Shown: positions 1-6,562, counted from the stretch's first letter. The stretch is DNA of 11,364 bases from Candidatus Thorarchaeota archaeon SMTZ1-45 (GCA_001563335.1 LRSL01000104.1:1-11364); one strand, 5' to 3'. The notes: generated from the sequence alone by a model not told the origin. Translations and numbers: made by a program.

Positions 1-1
1 A

Positions 2-535
2 ACGATGATTGCTGAAACCAGGGCTCCAGACCTCAATATTCTGGACATGATCTGGATAAATGCAAATCCACTAGAGAGTTCTTTCGATAGAGGTCCTTGG
101 TCGACCTACTCATCAGCAAGTGCAACAGACATCATAGGAGCCAGTGTGGATGCTGTAGCATTGGATTACTGGTCAGCAAAACATGTGCTCGTACCGACAG
201 CAGAGTACCTGAACCACACGTCATACTCATCTCTGAACCCGGATTATGAGCCAATCTGTCAGCATATCAATTACCCCATTGTACAACAAGAGGAGTCATT
301 CCACAACTATCTGGAGCGTTCCATGAATGTTCTGAAGGATGCGGAATTTCAGGTCACCATGGATGAAACTGAGATGAATGTGTTTTTGGAAATTATGTCA
401 AATACCGGACCCGTCACTCCAACAACTCCAACTGGTGATGCCACACTGATGGACTATCTCCCCTTGACAATTGGTGCAATCGCCTTGGTCCTTTTTGTTA
501 TAGGAGTTATCGTTGCAAAGCGTCGATTATCTTGA
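2..535 (+). CDS. C-terminal part of a DUF362-like protein with Pro/Thr linker, C-terminal TM anchor and basic tail (5' truncated by window edge)
   Basis: The frame is open from the window edge (ACG at 2 precedes the ATG at 5). Motifs LNILDMIW and IIGASVDAVALDYW resemble the DUF362 C-terminal 'iiaS.DpVAlD' signature. The protein ends PVTPTTPTG - LTIGAIALVLFVIGVIVA - KRRLS. Confidence 0.65.
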   Translation, partial: TMIAETRAPDLNILDMIWINANPLESSFDRGPWSTYSSASATDIIGASVDAVALDYWSAKHVLVPTAEYLNHTSYSSLNPDYEPICQHINYPIVQQEESFHNYLERSMNVLKDAEFQVTMDETEMNVFLEIMSNTGPVTPTTPTGDATLMDYLPLTIGAIALVLFVIGVIVAKRRLS

Positions 536-554
536 TAAAATCAAAGAAAGTGAG

Positions 555-1112
555 TTATGCTGCATTCTCATATGCTTCTTTGAGCCACTCTATTAGCTCA
601 GGATTGACCTCACTTTTATCTGCCATTCTCACACGATGAGTACACATTGCATTCCACCTGCTGCCCTCTTCAAGACGCTCAGTTGTGTCCTTCCCCTTGA
701 GTATCAACCCAATATCCATCCGTGTCTTTGTTGATGGTTGCACGATTGCGAACTGTTTCTTTCTTCTCAGGCTCACGTAAGTCTTCTTCGGAGCAATCTC
801 TACATCCCTTCCGAACTTCTTGACAGCCTTGAGGACCTCCTTATAGATAGGCTTTAAGGCCTCCTTACCTGAATATTGCTCCTCGACTAGAGCATTATCT
901 GACTTCACACCTTCAATCACATCTCGAACAGCATGAGCTAATGTATTTGCATACCCATATGAAAGACCGTGCTTTTCCTTGAAGAAGTCTAGAATTTCCT
1001 TGTGTTTTGTGAGTTTCGCAGCCCTTACTCTTTTGACCCACTCATCAAGTTTGGTTCCAGTCTTCTCTTCTATGGTTGCTACAACCTTATCTGTCATCTC
1101 TTCACGATTCAT
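555..1112 (-). CDS. DUF4287 + DUF5655 domain protein
   Basis: N-terminal IEEKTGTKLDEWV...HKEILDFFKEKHGLSYGYANTLAH is DUF4287-like. C-terminal VEIAPKKTYVSLRRKKQFAIVQP...MCTHRVR...ELIEWLKEAYE is DUF5655-like. Start moved from 1148 to ATG 1112 (MNREEM), which has GGTGTGGT upstream. Confidence 0.85.
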   Translation of the reverse strand: MNREEMTDKVVATIEEKTGTKLDEWVKRVRAAKLTKHKEILDFFKEKHGLSYGYANTLAHAVRDVIEGVKSDNALVEEQYSGKEALKPIYKEVLKAVKKFGRDVEIAPKKTYVSLRRKKQFAIVQPSTKTRMDIGLILKGKDTTERLEEGSRWNAMCTHRVRMADKSEVNPELIEWLKEAYENAA

Positions 1113-1220
1113 TGACAATGTAATACCACACCAAGATATTAATGGCATATGATTGAAATTTAATTATAATAATCTTGAGAATGGGCCTTGGGAAGAAGTT
1201 TTAGTTTCAGAAATTATATT

Positions 1221-1260
1221 GGAAAAGAAGGAACCGGTCAACGCATAGGTCAACCGGTTC
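1221..1260 (-). terminator. Hairpin + pyrimidine-tract terminator of the propeller/PKD gene
   Basis: The minus strand reads GAACCGGTTGAC-CTATGC-GTTGACCGGTTC, a 12-bp stem with two G.U pairs that forms fully only on the minus strand. It is followed by CTTCTTTTCC and lies 40 nt after the stop at 1301. Confidence 0.7.
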
Positions 1261-1300
1261 AATTCTGACCTGATTTGTGCATTTTTGTCTTTAACCAATG

Positions 1301-2848
1301 CTATCTGCGTTTGTTTATGAAATACGCAATGATCAATATGAGGGCGACAGCCGACACAAGACTGACCATATTTAGGATTGGCTGGAGTCCTTCAAATGGA
1401 TTGGGAGAGGTACCAGTTCCAACAGTCATGATTGCGCTGTCCATGTCTTGTTGTCCAGATACATCGGTCACTATCAGTAGCATTACATATGTTCCATCAG
1501 TTTGATAGAAATGCGATACAGTTGCCCCACTGAATGTGGTAAGGGTGACTGTGTTCCCGTCACCAAAGTCATAGAACCAGCTCACGATTGCATAGTTGTC
1601 ACTCGAGGCACCAGGTTCTAAGTTGAAGACCTCATTCACATCGAGTATTCTGTCAGGACCAGCGTCTGCTACAGGTGACTCACTATCTATGAATACCCAA
1701 GTCAGCTGAAACTCTGTGTCCATGCCATGAGGAGCATTTGTAGGATAGACAAAGTGAGGAGAGCGATCAGCGGCTCTGGCAAGACAGAATGGGTGATCGT
1801 GAGATAGCCAGTCGTTTGACATGTCATCCACCTTGCCAAGATACCAAGTACCATAGGCTTTTGATGCAAACTTGACATCATTATTGGTAGCATCATAGTA
1901 CACGATGTATACATCAGCACCAGCGTGGAGTGTCACACACGATATTGAACCAACATCACCTTCAGTATCGACAGACTCAGATGTCCATACTCCATCAACA
2001 GTCCAGCCATACTTTAAGTCCCCATCCTGATAGTAGCTTACATGCGGTTTGTCTTCCTCATCGAGATCAAGTGATCCGTCCCAAGAACCAGTCCCAGGGA
2101 CAATGCCACTGAATGTCCAGATCCCGGTCGTCTTGTTCGCATACCAACCACCATATGTAATATGAGGAACATCAGTGGAGTCAATGGTAAGAGAACATCT
2201 TCCACCGCCTGAGGGCCAAGTGATTATTTCATTGGTCCAGACCCCGCCAGTCCTGTTAGCATAACCGTCAAAGTAAGCAATATGAGGTACACCTTCTGAG
2301 TCCACTGCAAGAGAGGTCCAGTAAGCGTCATGTGTGTCAACGGATTCGATGACCCAGCTGGAGCCATCTTTAAAGGCATACTTCACATAGAGGTTTTGGT
2401 CTACGAACACAATATGCGGTCTGTCTTCAGAGTCTAGCTTGAAGGAAATTGCACCTATTGATGAACTAGTGGTTATCGTTTCGGTATGCGGTATAGTCCA
2501 ATCAGATCCACCGAACATATCAATCTCGATTTCAGCATAGACAAGATTGTCTGACAAATCAACAAACACGACATGGGGAAGTCCCTGTGAGTCCAGCTCC
2601 ATTGTCCCTTTTATGGACCAAGTGCCTTGACCTACTTCAAGGATTACAACCTTTCTCTGCCAGAGACTGCCATCGTTAGAAACTACGGTTGAATTAGCAG
2701 AATGTACGATACGTGGACTCATGACAGTCATAGAAAGGACCAACAAACAAAGCAGACAAAGAGCTCCTATCCTGAGATTTGCATTTTTGATTGAGGGCTT
2801 TTTGATAGCCCGTTTTGTACCAGTCTTAAATTGTGTCTTATTAGACAT
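1301..2848 (-). CDS. Cell-surface protein: N-terminal signal/TM, 7 BNR-like beta-propeller blades, PKD domain, C-terminal TM anchor + KRR
   Basis: Seven 'L.lDs.g.PHi.Y' repeats. PKD motifs PVADAGPD, WFYDFGDG and HFYQTDGTYVMLLIVTD. Hydrophobic segments at both termini. SD-like GAGGA a few nt upstream of ATG 2848. Confidence 0.85.
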   Translation of the reverse strand: MSNKTQFKTGTKRAIKKPSIKNANLRIGALCLLCLLVLSMTVMSPRIVHSANSTVVSNDGSLWQRKVVILEVGQGTWSIKGTMELDSQGLPHVVFVDLSDNLVYAEIEIDMFGGSDWTIPHTETITTSSSIGAISFKLDSEDRPHIVFVDQNLYVKYAFKDGSSWVIESVDTHDAYWTSLAVDSEGVPHIAYFDGYANRTGGVWTNEIITWPSGGGRCSLTIDSTDVPHITYGGWYANKTTGIWTFSGIVPGTGSWDGSLDLDEEDKPHVSYYQDGDLKYGWTVDGVWTSESVDTEGDVGSISCVTLHAGADVYIVYYDATNNDVKFASKAYGTWYLGKVDDMSNDWLSHDHPFCLARAADRSPHFVYPTNAPHGMDTEFQLTWVFIDSESPVADAGPDRILDVNEVFNLEPGASSDNYAIVSWFYDFGDGNTVTLTTFSGATVSHFYQTDGTYVMLLIVTDVSGQQDMDSAIMTVGTGTSPNPFEGLQPILNMVSLVSAVALILIIAYFINKRR

Positions 2849-2901
2849 ACTATAGTATCCTCATTAGTATACTATAGTATACGTTTGTTATAAACTTGAT
2901 G
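2845..2901 (-). promoter_or_regulatory. Promoter (BRE-like CATCAAG + TATA TTTATAA) with two palindromic operators
   Basis: TATA at 2888-2894 (minus strand). Perfect 16-bp palindrome GTATACTATAGTATAC at 2867-2882. Second site ACATACTATAGTATCC at 2845-2860, containing a perfect 12-bp palindrome (2847-2858) that overlaps the SD and start codon. Confidence 0.8.
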
Positions 2902-2937
2902 TATGTAGCATATAGTATGGTGAAACTTAGATTCAAC

Positions 2938-2979
2938 GGAAAATAGAGAGGGTCAGGGTCGTTAGTTCATGACCCTGAC
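2938..2979 (-). terminator. Hairpin + pyrimidine-tract terminator of the 558-aa repeat protein gene
   Basis: Perfect 9-bp inverted repeat GTCAGGGTC (2952-2960) / GACCCTGAC (2971-2979) with a 10-nt loop. On the minus strand it is followed by CCTCTCTATTTTCC and starts 10 nt after the stop codon. Confidence 0.75.
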
Positions 2980-2989
2980 ATGTAGGAAA

Positions 2990-4666
2990 CTAGAATCTTG
3001 GTTCAAACTGAGTGTAATCGTAGAGTGTTGGCAGAGGAATGTCATAGATTCCTCCTATGAAGTTGTGTTCACTGTCGTACAGGCTTAGGGAGACACTCCT
3101 AGGATTAAGACCAAACATATAGATCAGTGAACCGTCTATGTAAAGAGGCACTATCTCTAGACCAGGAAGCAAAGAGCAAGTAATGCCCTGGCTCCAGACT
3201 GGGATTATGTTGCCTTCTTCGTCAAAAAGCCCACTTATCTCCACGAAGTATACACCCTGCTGAGTCTGCATCACCGCAACACCTATGACGAGATAGTCAA
3301 AAAGCCCGTTGGGTGGATCATCAGTATCGACTCCTTCGCATGTTACAAGACCAGCTAAGTATGCTCCAGGTGCCTCGAACTCTGTATAGTCATATGTTCT
3401 CGACAATGCGACTCTATCCATCAAACCAAGGAGGAGGTTCTGTTCGTTCCTCACACCAATCATATTGACAGCTGAGGGGCTGATCCCTGATATGTAGATG
3501 CTAGGCCCATTGAGCTGGAGAGAGACTACGTGTGTTCCTTCCTCGAGATGTTGAAACTCCTTGTCCCATGCATCGTATATGTGATTGTCGTATTCATCAA
3601 GGAGTCCATACAATTCGACGCCATAGATACCTGCTTCATAGACTTCTACCTCAACTCCAATCTCGAGATAGTCAAATCCAACCACGTCATCAGCATCCAC
3701 TCCTTCATCATAGATTGTGCCAGTCAAAACAGCTGGAGGTGTATCGAAATCAGTATAGAAATAAACACCGGTCAGAGGAACATCGGTTTTTATGTCCAGC
3801 CAGTTGTAGTTGTCATCGAACAGGAAGATTACAGAAATCATAGATGGATTGTACCCGTGCGCATAAATTGTAGGACCATAAAGACGGATGTCAACATATT
3901 GAGTCCCACGATTCAAGTACCCGCTATATGTTTCTCCAACATCAATACGGTTGCGGGATTCGTCCATCAGACCATCTACAGTCACAGTGTATGTGCCAGC
4001 AGTGGCAACTGCAACACCTACTGAAACCTCAAGATAGTCATATTTGCTATCACCATCGGTGTCAATTCCTGAATCCTGAACGACTCCAGTGAGATATGTA
4101 GCTTGTTGTGGTGGTTGTGGTTTAGGAGGTGGCAGATATTTCTCCTTTATAATCCTGGGTACAAAGTCATCGTACTTGATGACTGCGTGATACTTGTATG
4201 CGCCTTTTTCACCAAAGTTCTTAATGATATAGTGCACATTCATCTGACCATCCTTGGGGACAGGCATGAATGGAGGAAGAGGAATTGGAAACTCGGATGA
4301 AACAGGAATGATTTCAAGGGTTCCAACATACTTGTTCCCAACAGTGGACATCGATACTCGGTTATCGTCTTGGAAAGTCGTTTCATGTTGAAGGCTACTA
4401 CTCACAACTCGAATCTTTCCATCAACAGGAATCATTTCATTGTTCCATTCGACATAGTCAGATGGTTCTTCAATCCATCTCATGATTCCAGTTATATGTG
4501 AAACATAATAGACAGTAGTCCCATCAATACTGAAAGATCCAACAACAGTATCCACCATTTTTGTATCAGGTGGACGAGCGTTGGTTGTTGCTGTACCAAG
4601 TGATAAGACCAGTAAGGTCATCAATAGCGCAGCTACTATTGGTATCTTCATACCTTTCATTTTCAT
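2990..4666 (-). CDS. Secreted protein: signal peptide, unknown N-terminal domain, Pro-rich linker, three ~123-aa tandem beta-sandwich-like repeats with DxDxD(G)..YDYL motif
   Basis: Signal peptide KIPIVAALLMTLLVLSLGTATTNA, then linker LPPPKPQPPQQ. Repeats start near residues 189, 312 and 435, with motifs G.D.D..../DYL.v.V.V...G.Y.V...GL.DE/G..IY..G..P/Y.YT.F. GGAG lies upstream of the ATG. Confidence 0.85.
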   Translation of the reverse strand: MKMKGMKIPIVAALLMTLLVLSLGTATTNARPPDTKMVDTVVGSFSIDGTTVYYVSHITGIMRWIEEPSDYVEWNNEMIPVDGKIRVVSSSLQHETTFQDDNRVSMSTVGNKYVGTLEIIPVSSEFPIPLPPFMPVPKDGQMNVHYIIKNFGEKGAYKYHAVIKYDDFVPRIIKEKYLPPPKPQPPQQATYLTGVVQDSGIDTDGDSKYDYLEVSVGVAVATAGTYTVTVDGLMDESRNRIDVGETYSGYLNRGTQYVDIRLYGPTIYAHGYNPSMISVIFLFDDNYNWLDIKTDVPLTGVYFYTDFDTPPAVLTGTIYDEGVDADDVVGFDYLEIGVEVEVYEAGIYGVELYGLLDEYDNHIYDAWDKEFQHLEEGTHVVSLQLNGPSIYISGISPSAVNMIGVRNEQNLLLGLMDRVALSRTYDYTEFEAPGAYLAGLVTCEGVDTDDPPNGLFDYLVIGVAVMQTQQGVYFVEISGLFDEEGNIIPVWSQGITCSLLPGLEIVPLYIDGSLIYMFGLNPRSVSLSLYDSEHNFIGGIYDIPLPTLYDYTQFEPRF

Positions 4667-4757
4667 CTCATATTTTCTCCATTACAATAAATCGGAATAA
4701 TTATTCAAACAGTCATAGATCGAATGTGCTGCCAGTACACAATCCGTATCTTATTTG

Positions 4758-4813
4758 ATATACTATTGTATTCCTTAATGTATACGATTGTATACTTCTT
4801 AATAAACTTGATG
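4758..4813 (-). promoter_or_regulatory. Promoter (CATCAAG + TATA TTTATTAA) with two operators; paralogous to 2845-2901
   Basis: TATA at 4799-4806 (minus strand). Operators GTATACGATTGTATAC at 4780-4795 and ATATACTATTGTATTC at 4758-4773, offset by 22 bp. ATAAACTTGATG at 4802-4813 is identical to 2890-2901. Confidence 0.8.
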
Positions 4814-4830
4814 AATGATGTATCGTAATC

Positions 4831-4878
4831 CTTAAGAGTGTGTATACATTGGTATTCTACTTAGCATACATCCGAGGT
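4831..4878 (+). promoter_or_regulatory. Putative promoter, auto-operator and SD of the RHH gene
   Basis: TATA-like CTTAAGA at 4831-4837. Operator GTATACATTGGTATTC at 4842-4857. Half-site GCATAC at 4864-4869 (+22 bp). SD-like GAGGT at 4874-4878. Confidence 0.65.
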
Positions 4879-4889
4879 TTGATTGAGTG

Positions 4890-5039
4890 ATGAAAGTGAT
4901 ACCTGTTCGGATACCCAACAAGATCATTGAGGGTATCGACAAGCTAGTAGAGAAAGGAATCTATGCGAATCGAAGCGCAGCAATACGAGTTATTGTAACA
5001 CGCTACATTCTAGATGAAACAAATATAATCTCAGAGTAG
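4890..5039 (+). CDS. Ribbon-helix-helix (CopG/Arc/MetJ family) transcriptional regulator, 49 aa; absent from the ORF track
   Basis: Hand translation gives MKVIPVRIPNKIIEGIDKLVEKGIYANRSAAIRVIVTRYILDETNIISE*. This matches the archaeal RHH pattern 'i.vRip....e.iD.LVe.G.y.nRS.aIR'. In-frame GTG at 4887, GAGGT upstream, TAG at 5037-5039. Confidence 0.9.
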   Translation: MKVIPVRIPNKIIEGIDKLVEKGIYANRSAAIRVIVTRYILDETNIISE

Positions 5040-5050
5040 TCCTATCAGTA

Positions 5051-5836
5051 TCAATGGTTCATCCATTGTTTCTTGAACCACTCAACTCCAGTTTTCAGTG
5101 TTATCTCGTATGCATAGGGATCAGAAAGGTTATGGTCAGCACCTTCAACGACAACCAATTCCTTTGGCTCACCTGCCAGCTCATACAGACGCTTGACACC
5201 TGCTAAGGGAACACCAACGTCATCAGTACCGTGGACTATCAACAGTGGTCTGGGAGAGATCTTTGATATCTCATTCATTGGATTGTGTACCTTGGAATCC
5301 TCGACCATTCTTCTCAGAAGATTCTCTTGTGTTTCCGGATCATCGAGACCACGTATCTGAGTAGGATTAGTTGCTACTATGGAGTCAACAGTGGGGCGAA
5401 TCATCGGAGATTCTGCAAACCAGAGTGTATCGAAGATTGGAGCTCTCAGGCATAGTGCGTTGCAGCGTGTATCATCAGCAAGAGCACAAATTGCGACTGC
5501 AGCCCCCCAGCTTGCTGCGTATATTCCAGACCAAGAATCAACAGTCAGGTCTGATTCTAGGAGATGGGTGATAGCCGCCTTTGCATCCTTTATCTGACCA
5601 GCAAGAGTAAACAAGCCATCGCTCTGTCTAAACCCACGAAAATCGAATGTCAGGACTGCAAAACCCACTTCAGCGAGTGCAAGCGCGAACCCGCTAACCT
5701 GGTCAGGTCCACCCGGGAGCCCATGAAACTTGCAGATTCCTGGAAATGGACCCTCAACAGAGGGAATCACGAAGTTACCTCTGATTGTTTCTCCATCTGA
5801 GTTGAACTCAGTGGGAAGGATCTTCACATCTGCCAT
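5051..5836 (-). CDS. Alpha/beta-fold hydrolase
   Basis: Oxyanion region HGLPGG; GFAVLTFDFRGFRQSDG; nucleophile elbow AASWG; acid motif LLIVHGTDD; catalytic His in VEGADH. Confidence 0.9.
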   Translation of the reverse strand: MADVKILPTEFNSDGETIRGNFVIPSVEGPFPGICKFHGLPGGPDQVSGFALALAEVGFAVLTFDFRGFRQSDGLFTLAGQIKDAKAAITHLLESDLTVDSWSGIYAASWGAAVAICALADDTRCNALCLRAPIFDTLWFAESPMIRPTVDSIVATNPTQIRGLDDPETQENLLRRMVEDSKVHNPMNEISKISPRPLLIVHGTDDVGVPLAGVKRLYELAGEPKELVVVEGADHNLSDPYAYEITLKTGVEWFKKQWMNH

Positions 5837-5851
5837 GTTTGGTTCGCCTTC

Positions 5852-6562
5852 TTATGAGCTGGATTCCTTGGCTCTCAGATACATCTTGTTGTACCGTGCT
5901 CTGAGTTCTTCTTCAGCTATCAGAGGCTGACTAATTATCTCAAAGGTTTCTGGAGAGATCTTGCCCTCTTTTACTAATTGGAATCCTGCACTCTTGACCG
6001 CACTCAGGACCTCCTCTGCCTTGTCCTTATGTTCGTCCATTAGAAATGCATGAGGTCTCAAGACTGCTCCTGAGAACTCAACATTAGCATCTCTGGCAAC
6101 ATCTTCCACAATTCTGACCACAGTTGCGAGGTTATCTTTCTCCCACCAACCCCCTACAGATACTAGGACTATCTTGGATATCTTCACATCATCATGGAAC
6201 TTTGCACGCGTCCGCCCTTCATGGAACTCAAGTACAGGCTCCACAATAGGCATGAGTCTGTTGAGAAAGTTCTGCATCTCGCCTGGAAGCGGAAGATAGA
6301 CTGGTATAGCGAGTATGAGGATGTCTGCTTCTCGTAGCTTGGGTAAGAGAGACCCCATGTCGTCGCGCTGGATGCACTCTCCGACCTTCTCAAACCAGCA
6401 CTGGAATTCACCCAGACATGGTCGTATCTTAAGGCGTTTAGCAAAGACTGTTTCAACTGTTGCTTTTGCCTCTTTCATTCCTTCAAGGAAAGCTGTCAGA
6501 ACTTTGTGTGTGTATCCCTTCTCCATGCGTGCACTGCCATTGATTGCGAGTACGTTTGTCAT
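5852..6562 (-). CDS. Flavodoxin-fold protein of the NADPH-dependent FMN reductase / iron-sulfur flavoprotein (Isf)-like family
   Basis: Motifs VLAINGSAR...G.T, IRPCLGEFQCW...GECIQRDDM and ADILILAIPVY...MQNFLNRL. Start reassigned to ATG 6562 (MTNVLAINGS), which has GGTGGTG upstream. A 15-nt gap to the hydrolase gene suggests an operon. Confidence 0.88.
   Translation of the reverse strand: MTNVLAINGSARMEKGYTHKVLTAFLEGMKEAKATVETVFAKRLKIRPCLGEFQCWFEKVGECIQRDDMGSLLPKLREADILILAIPVYLPLPGEMQNFLNRLMPIVEPVLEFHEGRTRAKFHDDVKISKIVLVSVGGWWEKDNLATVVRIVEDVARDANVEFSGAVLRPHAFLMDEHKDKAEEVLSAVKSAGFQLVKEGKISPETFEIISQPLIAEEELRARYNKMYLRAKESSS

Noticed and set aside
1904-1915. Palindrome GATGTATACATC containing GTATAC (also an isolated GTATAC at 3248)
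   Set aside because: Single hexamers inside coding sequence, with no partner at N4 spacing and no nearby TATA box.
2845-2920. Repeated TATAGTAT units as a CRISPR or iteron/origin array
   Set aside because: The units are too short and few, with no unique 30-40 nt spacers and no cas or rep gene. Their position between TATA and start codon fits operators better.
3530-4300. Plus-strand ORFs of 164, 103 and 65 aa
   Set aside because: Antisense shadows of the 558-aa repeat gene, with no motifs or translation signals.
1150-5050. The RHH module as a mobile element or toxin-antitoxin locus
   Set aside because: No integrase, transposase, terminal repeats, target duplication or toxin ORF could be found.
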